From Patescibacteria group bacterium (lineage in GTDB: Bacteria; Pseudomonadota; Alphaproteobacteria; Micavibrionales; UBA2020), in assembly GCA_035626855.1 (NCBI GenBank), contig DASPMW010000128.1, forward strand, positions 1,574 to 65,573: DNA of 64,000 bases, in the 5' to 3' direction. The translations under genes and the position numbers were made by a program. Shown here in pieces: positions 16,960-26,700 of this stretch. Under the pieces are notes generated by a model. It was not told where the DNA came from. It ran no database searches and saw nothing but the letters and a program-made list of their open reading frames with translations. The stretch's first letter is position 1, and every line of letters begins with the position of its first letter.

Positions 16960-18503
16960 TGTTCACCGTCACCGCGCCGAAAGTTGAAGGACAGGACCGC
17001 ATCCTCACACCAGAGGCCTTCGCGTTTCTGGAAGGGATGGAGAAAAACTTCGGCGCGCGCCGCCGCGCCCTGATGGCCGAGCGCGCGCGGCTGCAGGAAA
17101 ATCTCGATGGCGGCTGGACGCCCGATTTCCTCTCCGAAACGAAAAACATCCGCGATGCCGAGTGGAAAGTGCGCCCCGCGCCCGCCGACCTGGCTGACCG
17201 CCGCGTCGAGATCACCGGCCCGCCCGACCGCAAGATGGTGATCAACGCGCTCAATTCCGGCGCCAGCTGCTTCATGGCGGATTTCGAGGATTCGAACACG
17301 CCGACCTGGGCGAACCAGATCGCGGGGCAGATCAACCTGCGCGACGCGAATGACCGCGTGATCGATTACAGGGATGCGGCGAGCGGCAAGGAATACAAGC
17401 TGAAGGACAAGACCGCCGTGCTGCTGGTGCGCCCGCGCGGGCTGCATATGGAAGAACAGCACCTGACACTCGACGGGCAGGCGCTGTCGGCGAGCTTCTT
17501 CGATTTCGGGCTTTACCTGTTCCACAACCGCCTTGCCCCCTATTACTACCTGCCCAAGCTGGAAAGCTGGAAGGAGGCGCAGCTGTGGAGCGACATCATT
17601 TCCTTTGCCGAAGACGCGCTCGGCCTCGCGCGCGGCACGGTGCGCGTGACGGTGCTGATCGAAACCATCACCGCCGCCTTCCAGATGGATGAAATCCTTC
17701 ATGCGCTGAAGGACCATATCGTCGGGCTCAATTGCGGGCGCTGGGATTATATCTTCAGCTTCATCAAGAAATTCCGCAACCGCCCAGATTTCATCGTGCC
17801 GGATCGCGGGTCGGTTACGATGACCGCGCATTTCCTGCGCTCCTACAGCCTCAACCTCATCCGCACCTGCCACCGCCGCGGCGCGCATGCGATGGGCGGC
17901 ATGGCGGCGCAGATCCCGATCAAGAACGACGAAGCCGCGAATAACGCCGCGCTCGAAAAGGTGCGCGCCGACAAGACGCGGGAAGCGAGTGACGGGCATG
18001 ACGGCACCTGGGTCGCGCATCCCGCGCTGGTGCCGGTCGCGAAGGAAGTTTTCGACCGCCTGATGCCCCGCGCCAACCAGCTCGACGTCATGCGCGACGA
18101 CGTGACGATTACGGCGGCCGACCTGCTGAAGGTGCCGGAAGGCGACATCACCGAGGACGGCCTGCGCCGGAACATCAATATCGGCATCCTGTACCTGAAG
18201 GCCTGGCTCGCGGGAAATGGCTGCGTGCCGATCCATCATTTGATGGAGGACGCCGCGACCGCCGAGATTTCCCGCGCGCAGCTCTGGCAATGGCGGCGGC
18301 ACAAGGCAAAGCTGAAGGACGGCCGCGTGATCGACGATGCGCTGATGCATGACATGCTGCTGGACGAAGCGGGAAAGCTCGACGGGGGTAAATACACAAG
18401 CGCTGCGGTCGGCATGTTCACGGGCATGGTGATGGCGCCGGTGCTGGACGATTTCCTCACGACGAAGGCGTATGACTGGGTGCTGGCGGATGAGCGGGGT
18501 TAA
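16959..18503 (+). CDS. aceB: malate synthase A
   Basis: 514 aa from ATG 16959 (MFTVTAPKVEG...). NSGASCFMADFEDSNTPTW and a length of ~515 aa indicate the A-type enzyme. The ORF-track N-terminal extension (16767) overlaps the FecR-domain gene. Confidence 0.9.
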   Translation: MFTVTAPKVEGQDRILTPEAFAFLEGMEKNFGARRRALMAERARLQENLDGGWTPDFLSETKNIRDAEWKVRPAPADLADRRVEITGPPDRKMVINALNSGASCFMADFEDSNTPTWANQIAGQINLRDANDRVIDYRDAASGKEYKLKDKTAVLLVRPRGLHMEEQHLTLDGQALSASFFDFGLYLFHNRLAPYYYLPKLESWKEAQLWSDIISFAEDALGLARGTVRVTVLIETITAAFQMDEILHALKDHIVGLNCGRWDYIFSFIKKFRNRPDFIVPDRGSVTMTAHFLRSYSLNLIRTCHRRGAHAMGGMAAQIPIKNDEAANNAALEKVRADKTREASDGHDGTWVAHPALVPVAKEVFDRLMPRANQLDVMRDDVTITAADLLKVPEGDITEDGLRRNINIGILYLKAWLAGNGCVPIHHLMEDAATAEISRAQLWQWRRHKAKLKDGRVIDDALMHDMLLDEAGKLDGGKYTSAAVGMFTGMVMAPVLDDFLTTKAYDWVLADERG

Positions 18504-18530
18504 GCGCCATTCGCCTTTACGCGCAAGCGG

Positions 18531-19024
18531 AAGGGAGATCCTTCGCTGCGCTCAGGATGACAATGATAGCGGTGTCATTCTGAGCGCAGCGAAGAATCCC
18601 CCTTTCTCCAGGCCAAGTCTGGGTAAGATTTCCCCACGAATAAACACGAATGAACGCGAAGGCGGGGAAGGTTTTGTCACGCATCGTTCCTATTCGTGTC
18701 TATTCGCGTCCATTCGTGGGCGTTTTTTCTGCGGAAAGGGAAGGGAGATCCTTCGCTGCGCTCAGGATGACAATGATAGCGGTGTCATTCTGAGCGCAGC
18801 GAAGAATCCCCCTTTCTCCAGGCCAGGTCTGGGTAAGATTTCCCCACGAATAAACACGAATGAACGCGAAGGCCGGGAAAGTTTTGTCTCGGGTCGTTCC
18901 TATTCGCGTCTCTTTGCGTTCACTCGTGTGCAATTGTTCTGCTGGCAACGAAGGGAGATCCTTCGCTGCGCTCAGGATGACATTGGGGCTGTCATTCTGA
19001 GCGCAGCGAAGAATCCCCCTTTGC
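18531..19024. repeat. tandem array: 2.35 copies of a 210-bp composite unit (family-1 hairpin plus a CGAAT-decamer inverted repeat)
   Basis: aagggagatc recurs at 18531, 18741 and 18951 (period exactly 210). The first ~125 nt of units 1 and 2 differ at one position; the remaining ~85 nt are diverged. The third copy keeps only the family-1 hairpin. Confidence 0.9.
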
Positions 19025-19046
19025 TTGTCAAGGGAAGCGGAGCCGC

Positions 19047-20252
19047 ATGGATATAGACCTCGCCCAGTGGCTCAACCTCGCGCTGCGCTGGTTTCATTTG
19101 ATGCTCGGCATCATGTGGATCGGGGCGTCGTTCTATTTCGTATGGCTCGATCTTGCGCTGCGGCCCGCGAAGGAACAGAAGGACCGCGAGGCGGGTGTGA
19201 GCGGGGAAGTCTGGGCCGTGCATGGCGGCGGGTTTTACCACAAGAAGAAATACCTGGTCGCGCCGGAGGGCATGCCGGACGACCTGCACTGGTTCAAATG
19301 GGAAGCGTACCTCACCTTTATCAGCGGCTTCTTGCTGCTTTGCCTCATGTATTACTGGCAGGCGGATCTTTACCTGATCGACCCGGAGCGCATGAATTTC
19401 ACGCCGGCGCAGGCGACTTTTACCGGCCTTGCCTTCCTGCTCGGCGGCTGGTTTTTCTATGACGAGCTTTGCAAAAGCGCGATCGGCCAGAACGACAAGG
19501 CCTTTTCCGTCATCTGGGCGGGGGCGCTGATCTTCGCCGCCTATGCCCTCAGCCAGTTGTTTACGGGGCGCGGCGCATTCATCCATGTCGGCGCGATGAT
19601 CGGCACGGCGATGACGGCGAATGTCTTTGCCGTGATCATTCCGAACCAGAAGCGCGTGGTCGCGGCGCTGTTGCGCGGCGACAAGCCGGACGCGAAATAC
19701 GGCAAGATCGCGAAGCAGCGCTCGATGCACAACAACTACATGACGCTGCCCGTCCTGCTGATCATGATCAGCAACCATTTCCCGGTGCTCTATGCCGGTG
19801 ACTGGAACTGGGCGATCCTCGCGGGGCTCGCGCTGTCCAGCTGGCCGTTCCGGCACTTCTTCAACCTGAAGGATCGCGGCATCACCGCGCCGCGCTTCCT
19901 GATCGCCGGCATGGCGGGTTTCATTTTGACCATCTGCGCGGCATCCGGTTTGTTCGCGCCAGCAAAACCGGTCGCGGCCATGCAAGCGGTCAGTCCTTCG
20001 GAAGTGCGCAAGATCGTGCGCACGCATTGCAGCGGCTGCCACAGCGACACGCCGGTGCATGACAGTGTCAGCGAAGCGCCGAAGGGCGTGGCGTTTGATA
20101 CGATGGCTGAGATAAAGCAGTTCGCGCCGCGCATTATCGAGCAGGCGGTGAAATCCGACACCATGCCGCTCGGCAATGAAACCGGCATGACGAAAGAAGA
20201 ACGCGCGCGGCTCGGCGACGGGCTCGCGGCGCTTTCCGGAAAACGCGATTAA
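19047..20252 (+). CDS. puuD: urate hydroxylase PuuD (membrane, C-terminal cytochrome c domain)
   Basis: 401 aa. WLNLALRWFHLMLGIMWIGASFYFVWLD N-terminus, multiple TM segments, and a C-terminal haem-c motif CSGCHS. Confidence 0.85.
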   Translation: MDIDLAQWLNLALRWFHLMLGIMWIGASFYFVWLDLALRPAKEQKDREAGVSGEVWAVHGGGFYHKKKYLVAPEGMPDDLHWFKWEAYLTFISGFLLLCLMYYWQADLYLIDPERMNFTPAQATFTGLAFLLGGWFFYDELCKSAIGQNDKAFSVIWAGALIFAAYALSQLFTGRGAFIHVGAMIGTAMTANVFAVIIPNQKRVVAALLRGDKPDAKYGKIAKQRSMHNNYMTLPVLLIMISNHFPVLYAGDWNWAILAGLALSSWPFRHFFNLKDRGITAPRFLIAGMAGFILTICAASGLFAPAKPVAAMQAVSPSEVRKIVRTHCSGCHSDTPVHDSVSEAPKGVAFDTMAEIKQFAPRIIEQAVKSDTMPLGNETGMTKEERARLGDGLAALSGKRD

Positions 20253-20439
20253 CCGGAAAATAACCCGGCGCGGCTATATTGAAATCTTCGCGGTGGCAAA
20301 GCGGGGGAAAATATGGCCATATTCTCGGAAAAGCCGGCTTACAGGATTTCGTCAACCGGCAACCTGCTTTGCGGCGCCGTCCCCATGCGGGTCAAGCTCG
20401 GCGCCAATGTGCAGAAAACTCCGGCCGCATGGGTGAGAT

Positions 20440-21429
20440 ATGGCTACAAGGAAAAAGCGCAAACCGGCATCCGGTAAAAAGCCCGCGCTCTCGAAAACGC
20501 CGGTAAAAACCACCAGCAGCGACCCGCGCGACTATGTCGGCTATGGCGAGAACCCGCCGCATGCCAACTGGCCTGGCGGCGCGCGCATCGCCGTGCAGTT
20601 CGTCCTGAATTACGAGGAGGGCGGGGAGAACTGCGTGCTGAACGGCGACGCGGCTTCCGAAACCTTCCTCTCCGAAATCATCAACGCGCCCCGCATCGAG
20701 GCGCGGCATATCAGCATGGAGTCGCTCTACGAATACGGCACGCGCGCGGGCGTGTGGCGTCTCCTGCGCCTCTTCAAGAAATACAAGATTCCGGTGACCG
20801 TCTTCGCGGTCGCCATGGCGCTCGAAAAATACCCCGAGATCGCGAAAGTGTTCGTGCGCGAGGGGCATGAAGTCGCCTCCCACGGCTATCGCTGGATCAA
20901 TTACCAGGATGTCGACGTCAAGACCGAGCGCGAGCATATGAAGCGCGCGATCGACATTATCGGCAACCTGACCGGCCAGCGGCCGCTCGGCTGGTACACC
21001 GGCCGCACCAGCCCGAATACGCGAAAACTGGTGATGGAGGAGGGCGGGTTCCTGTGGGACGCCGACGATTATTCCGACGACCTGCCGTTTTGGGTGAAGG
21101 ACGGCGAACAGAAGCAGCTGATCGTGCCCTATACGCTCGATACCAACGACATGCGTTTCGCGACCACGCAGGGCTTCAATTCTGGCGACCAGTATTTCGC
21201 TTACCTGCGCGACGCCTTCGACGTGCTGTACGAGGAAGGGGAGACGCGGCCCAAGATGCTATCGGTCGGGCTGCATTGCCGCATCGTCGGGCGTCCGGCG
21301 CGCATGGCGGCGCTCGAGCGGTTCATCAAGCATATCAAGTCCCACGATAAAGTCTGGATTTGCCGCCGCGTCGATATCGCGAAGCACTGGGCGCAGAAGC
21401 ATCCGTTCAAGGACAGCGCCAATGGATGA
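20440..21429 (+). CDS. puuE: allantoinase PuuE (polysaccharide-deacetylase fold) with Lys-rich N-terminal extension
   Basis: DPRDYVGYGENPPHANWPGGARIAVQFVLNYEEGGE matches the PuuE N-terminus. It is preceded by about 26 extra residues, MATRKKRKPASGKKPALSKTPVKTTS. Confidence 0.85.
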   Translation: MATRKKRKPASGKKPALSKTPVKTTSSDPRDYVGYGENPPHANWPGGARIAVQFVLNYEEGGENCVLNGDAASETFLSEIINAPRIEARHISMESLYEYGTRAGVWRLLRLFKKYKIPVTVFAVAMALEKYPEIAKVFVREGHEVASHGYRWINYQDVDVKTEREHMKRAIDIIGNLTGQRPLGWYTGRTSPNTRKLVMEEGGFLWDADDYSDDLPFWVKDGEQKQLIVPYTLDTNDMRFATTQGFNSGDQYFAYLRDAFDVLYEEGETRPKMLSVGLHCRIVGRPARMAALERFIKHIKSHDKVWICRRVDIAKHWAQKHPFKDSANG

Positions 21430-21931
21430 CAAGCCATTGACGGTTCGTCCGCGCGACGTAGCGCTGGACGTATTCCTGCGCGTCTATGGCGGTATTTACG
21501 AACATTCGCCGTGGATCGCTGAAGCCGCCTATAAAAACGCGCTGCCAGTTGCGACGGTCGCCGAACTGCATGCGGCGATGGTAACGGCGGTCGCGGCGGG
21601 GACCGTGGAGCAGAAACTTGCCCTTATCCGCGCGCATCCCGACCTTGCCCCTGCGATCGGCACAGCCTTGACCGATGCTTCGGTGTCGGAGCAGAAGAGC
21701 GCGGGGCTGAAGGAATGCACGGCGGAAGAATTCGCGGAATTCCAGCGGCTGAACAAGGTGTATAAGGAAAAATTCGGTTTTCCCTTTATCGTTGCCGTGA
21801 AGGGGCTGAACCGGCATGACATTCTCGAGCGCTTTCGCGCGCGCATGGGCAATACGCCCGACGCGGAATTTGCGACCGCCCTCGCGCAGATCGACCGCAT
21901 TGCTTTCTTTAGGCTGATGGCGCTGCCTTAA
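21422..21931 (+). CDS. uraD: 2-oxo-4-hydroxy-4-carboxy-5-ureidoimidazoline (OHCU) decarboxylase
   Basis: 169 aa. YGGIYEHSPWIAEAA, LIRAHPDL, SEQKSAGL and FGFPFIVAVKG motifs. Overlaps the puuE end by 8 nt. Confidence 0.85.
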   Translation: MDDKPLTVRPRDVALDVFLRVYGGIYEHSPWIAEAAYKNALPVATVAELHAAMVTAVAAGTVEQKLALIRAHPDLAPAIGTALTDASVSEQKSAGLKECTAEEFAEFQRLNKVYKEKFGFPFIVAVKGLNRHDILERFRARMGNTPDAEFATALAQIDRIAFFRLMALP

Positions 21932-23079
21932 GCCGCTTCCGTCCCGAACATCTTGAGCCCGTGGATGCCGCCGTTGTCGTAGTGCATGTAGAGCACATGC
22001 GTGACCTCGCCCGCATCGAACACGTCGCGGTAGCGGTGATAGGTGTCGGGCGACAGAGGCGCAAAGGGAATGATTTCCTTCCAGGGGCTGCCTTTGGGTA
22101 CATGCAGGACGATCCTGAATTGCTCGTTATCCTTCACGCCCTTTTCCTTCAGGTATTTCTGGCTGAGCATGTAGTCCTTGAAATCCCTTGGCACCACCTG
22201 CTTCTTGCCGTCGAAGACCACACTCCATTTCGGGGCGAGCTGCATGAGGGCGTCGAGTTTCTTGCCCTTCGCCTTGCGCATATCAAGGCCATAGACATGC
22301 GCCGTCATCGGCGCGTTGAGGCGGTGGAGATAGGTGTCCACGATCACTTCATCGATCACGGCGGGTTTTTTCAGGTGGAACAGCGCCTGTTCGCCATAGC
22401 CGGTGCGCGCCGATTCCCATCCATACATATACATCTGCTGCCGGTCGCCATCGACCGCGCGGTCGGGCACGCCGTAATGGATGTTGGAAACATGGCTGAT
22501 CTTCGCACCCTTCAAAAGGTTCGGGCGCTCTGGGTATTGCAGGTCGGCTTCGACGCCGAAGAAGTTGATGCGCGAGAGGCCACCTTCGTAATAAAGCTCG
22601 ACATAGACTTCCGTCGCCATGGTCGGCTTGATCTTGAAACTGTGGTCGCTGTCGGGCTTCAGGTTGGCGCGGCTGAGCACCTGCGCCTGCCCGCCTTCAA
22701 GGTCGTCGATGAGGAAAACCGAGGCCGCCTGCACCTGGTTGCCGGTGTACCATTTGGTGGAAATCGTGATGGTATCGATCACCGCGCGCTTTTTCAGCCC
22801 GATAATCATCCAGTTATGCGCGGCGTGGTTGAATTCAAGCGATTCACCGTCCGCCGCGATGCGCGTCGCCATATGGCGGCGCGATTCATAGCCCCAGTAT
22901 TTCGCGCCCATATGCGTGAAGTCGCCGCGGCAATCCTTGGGCTCGTCGGGCAGCATGGCTTCATGCGGGTTGGTGAAGTCGGATTCCGAATAGGCCATGA
23001 GGATGGCCGGGATGCGCACGCGCTTGCCGGCGGGCGGTTTTTTCGCTGACGTTTTCTTCGTTGCTTTTTTCGCGGCCAT
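21928..23079 (-). CDS. alc: allantoicase-like protein (divergent, two allantoicase-type repeats)
   Basis: I prefer the ATG at 23079 (MAAKKATKK...) over ORF-track 23262. Repeat-end signatures YYEGGLSRINFFGVE and HYDNGGIHGLKMFGTE plus GWESARTG resemble the allantoicase GWETRR / PDGG..R.R..G motifs. Its position inside the ureide cluster supports the call. Confidence 0.6.
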   Translation of the reverse strand: MAAKKATKKTSAKKPPAGKRVRIPAILMAYSESDFTNPHEAMLPDEPKDCRGDFTHMGAKYWGYESRRHMATRIAADGESLEFNHAAHNWMIIGLKKRAVIDTITISTKWYTGNQVQAASVFLIDDLEGGQAQVLSRANLKPDSDHSFKIKPTMATEVYVELYYEGGLSRINFFGVEADLQYPERPNLLKGAKISHVSNIHYGVPDRAVDGDRQQMYMYGWESARTGYGEQALFHLKKPAVIDEVIVDTYLHRLNAPMTAHVYGLDMRKAKGKKLDALMQLAPKWSVVFDGKKQVVPRDFKDYMLSQKYLKEKGVKDNEQFRIVLHVPKGSPWKEIIPFAPLSPDTYHRYRDVFDAGEVTHVLYMHYDNGGIHGLKMFGTEAA

Positions 23080-23158
23080 ATGGCGCTGCCCTTCGCTTGT
23101 GTTGATGGGCTGATTTATGCAACGATTGCCAAAGCATTGCAACCCCTCGAGGGATATC

Positions 23159-23662
23159 ATGACGCGCCGCATCATAAAGCCGGAACCGCTGACGGCAGAA
23201 TCCTTCAAGCCCTTTGGCGACGTGCTGGAAACCGGCACGGCGCGCGAATTGCGGCATATCAACTACGGCAATACCGAACGCTATCACAGCATCGCCAGCC
23301 TCGATTTATTGCAGGATGGCGGGAAACCGCTGGTGAGCATTTTCCGCTCGAAACCACTGCCGCGCCCGATTGAAATAAAGGTCATGGAGCGGCACCCCCT
23401 CTCCAGCCAGGCTTTCTATCCGCTCGACAATCATCCCTATATGGTCGTGGTTTCGCCGCCCGGAGATTTTGACGCGGGCGCGATGCGCGTGTTCCTCGCG
23501 GGACCGAAGCAGGGCGTGAATTACGCGCGCGGTACCTGGCACCATTACAGCCTCGCGCTCGACAAGGTTTGCGACTTCCTTGTCATCGACCGCGGCGGGG
23601 CGGAAAAAAACCTCGACGAGGTTTATTTCGAAGGCGATGATGTTATGGTCATCGATTATTGA
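23159..23662 (+). CDS. allA: ureidoglycolate lyase
   Basis: 167 aa from ATG 23159 (GAGGGA SD). PEPLTAESFKPFGDV, INYGNTERYH, ERHPLSSQAF, GTWHH. Confidence 0.85.
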   Translation: MTRRIIKPEPLTAESFKPFGDVLETGTARELRHINYGNTERYHSIASLDLLQDGGKPLVSIFRSKPLPRPIEIKVMERHPLSSQAFYPLDNHPYMVVVSPPGDFDAGAMRVFLAGPKQGVNYARGTWHHYSLALDKVCDFLVIDRGGAEKNLDEVYFEGDDVMVIDY

Positions 23663-23789
23663 CGTAACGCATAAAGAACGCGCGTTCTTTCGTCAAAATT
23701 CCCAAATTTAACAATCCGTTAAGACCAGTCTGCGACGATCGGTGACGATTTACACCAAGGATCGCGCGCCTGCGCGCGTCTTATGGCCA

Positions 23790-26700
23790 ATGCTGCATTT
23801 TCGCCGGAGGCTCTTCATGCCGTTTTTCGCTTTCCTCGCCCTGTTGTTCACGCTGCTGCTGCCGCAACCTGCAGCGGCCTACAGCGCGGACGACCTCGCG
23901 ACGGCCGATAAATATTACGGCGAAAAATCATATCAGCTGGCGGCAGCCGAATACGAAAAGCTGCTCGACCAGAAGGCGGAGCCCGCGCTGATGCGCGAGG
24001 TCGCGTTCAAATGGGGCGACAGCGTCCTGCAGGCGAAGGACGAGGCGAAGCGCGACGCGGCTGAAAAGAAATTGCTGGAACTGGCGGGGGGCGAGACGCA
24101 TGACCGCTGGTGGGCGGAATCCGGCACGACGCTTGCCATGAACTATATCGAGAAAGACCCCTACGGCAAGGCGGAGGAGATCAAGAAATACCTCGACGCC
24201 GCGCGCGACTGGTGGGCGGGGTCAAGCGATGTCGAGCTTGCGCGCGAGAAATTCATCACGACCAGTTTCGCGCTCGCCGATTTCATCACATCGCGCTGGG
24301 GATGGTACAACGCCGATATCCGCCCGATCCGCCTGAACGGCAAGCGTATCGCGCCCGCGCCGCAGCAACAGCCGGGAAATGCCGCGCTGCAGGTGCTGTT
24401 CGAGGAAATTTTAAAAGTCGCAAAGACGGAAGAACACAAAGCCCATGCCCATTACGGCCTGGCCATGAGCTGGATGCAGAATTATTCCGGCGACCAGAAA
24501 CTGCGCGACAAGGCGGCGGAGGAATTTGAAAAAATCACCGAAGACTTTGCCGACAGCGAATGGGCCGACGACGCCTGGTACCAGCTCGGCATGCTCTACG
24601 AAAACCAGTCGGATTTCGTCAAAGCGGCGGACGCCTATCGCGGCATCGCGAAGCGTTACAGCGCAGGGCAATCGCAATGGCTGGATGATGCGAAGCGCCG
24701 CCTTGAATATATCGTCAACCCGTCGATGGGGCTCAGTCTTGGCAACACATTTATTCCGGGGTCGGAGATCCAGTTTGGCCTTAGCTGGCGCAACGTGAAA
24801 TCGGCGCAGGTGGCGTTTTACAAGCTCGACCTGCCTGCCGAAATTGCGCTGAAAAACGACCAGAGCGGCTATTCGGGTTACCAGGAAGTGTTGCAGAAAC
24901 TGGTGGAAACCGGGCGTTATAAATCGCTGCCGGTCGCGCTCAATATTACCGCCGCGCTGAAGGAAGAGGGCAAGCACCAGCCCTATAGCGAATACAAAAG
25001 CCTCGCCGACTGGCGCAAGGACAGCGACGCGAAAACGAATCCCGATGACGGAAAGCTGGCCGCAGGCGCCTACCTGATGCTCGTGACCGCGGCGGGTACG
25101 CAGCCGGCCTATGACCTTGTGCTCGTGACCGACGCCGCGCTGGTCAGCAAGGTTGCGAATGACCGCGCGCTGTTTTTCGCGATGGATGCGAAGACGGGCG
25201 CGCCACTTGCGGGGGCGCAGCTGCGCTATACCTACAGCTTTTATGACGACAGCGGCAACACGCGCTGGGTCGCGGGGGAGGGCAAGGCCGGCGATGACGG
25301 GCTGCTGAAGGTCGATCTGCGCACGAGCTCGGCGCGCAGTTATTCGCAGCAGCACAACGTTTTCGCGGCGATGAGTTCCGGCAAGGGCCAGGCCTTTGTC
25401 CAGAACAGCTATTACAATTACTATAACAACGGCCGGGGTGAATGGTGGCTTTATGCCTTCACCGACCGTCCGGCTTACCGGCCCAACGAGACCGTGAATA
25501 TAAAAGCCATGCTGCGCCAGCCGAAAGACGGCGGCTTCGTGACGCCCTCGGGGCTGAAGGTGAAGGCACGCATCTATGACGCGCAGGGCAAGCAGGTCAA
25601 GGAAGGCGATTATACGCTGAACGAATACGGCGTGCTCAACGATACGCTGGTGCTGGATGACAAGGCCACGCTCGGCGAATATTCGCTGCAGCTTTACTCC
25701 GCCGATGCCAATAACCAGCTGGCGGCCGTGCAGCTGTTCCGGCTGGAGGAATATAAACTGCCGGAATACACAGTGACCGTCACGCCTGCGCCGAAAACGG
25801 CGGAAAAGGGCATCGCGGCTTATCGCCTTGGCGATACGATCGATGTCAGCGTCGATGCGCAGTATTATTTTGGCGGGCCGGTCGCGGAGGCCGAGGTCGA
25901 ATACCTTGTCTACCAGCAGCCGCTTTACCGCTATTACCGCCCGTGGCGCGCTTATAGCTGGTATTACGATGACCTGTACCCCCAGAATTACGGCTATGGC
26001 AATGGCGCGCTCGTCGTGCAGAAAAAAATCAAAACGGGGGCGGACGGCAAGGCGTCTTTCAAAATCGAAACGCCGAAGGACCAGGGCGACCTGCAATTTC
26101 ATGTGGAGGCGCGCGTCGTGGATAAAAGCCGCCGCGAAATCCGCGGCACGGCGGATATCAAGGTCATGAAGACGGCCTTCTACGCGGTTGTCGAGGCGAA
26201 AGCCAATCTCTACCGCCCCGGCGACAAGGCGCAGGCGCTGATCAAGACGCTGACGGCGGACGACGCGCCTATCGCGGTCGAGGGCAAAGTTACGATCCGC
26301 CGCAACAGCTGGCGCGATCCGGTATACCGCGAAGACAAGGTGGTGAACCCGGGCGGCTATGACGGGCGCGAAATCATGACCAAATTCGTGAAAACCAACG
26401 ACAAGGGCGAGGCGATCTTCGAATTCGAGCCGTCGGAAAACGGCTATTACACGGTCGAGTTCACAGGCTTTGACAATGGCGAGCCGGTGACTGCCGCCGC
26501 GAATATCTATGTCTGCGACACCGATGCGACGAATATCGGCTATCGCTACGGCGGGTTGCAGATCATCACGGAAAAGGACACCTATCAGGCCGGCGATACG
26601 GCGCGCGCCATGATCGTTTCCGACGTGCCCGATACTTACGTGCTGCTGACGGTCGAGAGCGATAACCTTTACGACTACCGGCTGCTGCATATCGAGGGAT

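Noticed and set aside
18531-19024. Possibility that the regularly spaced repeats form a CRISPR array.
   Set aside because: The period is 210 bp, the would-be spacers are themselves repeated between units, the repeats are long palindromes also dispersed singly at 2697 and 8667, and no cas genes are nearby.
18472-19056. 194-aa plus-strand ORF (and 18700-18948 on the minus strand) spanning the aceB-puuD gap.
   Set aside because: It is a translation of the tandem repeats (REILRCAQDDNDSGVILSAAKNPPFSRP occurs in each unit) and not a gene.
23117-23142. Direct repeats ATGCAAC / TTGCAAC spaced 19 bp apart in the alc-allA divergent promoter region, as a possible regulator site.
   Set aside because: Only two short copies, with no regulator gene in the window and no second occurrence upstream of the other ureide genes. 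That is insufficient to call a binding site.
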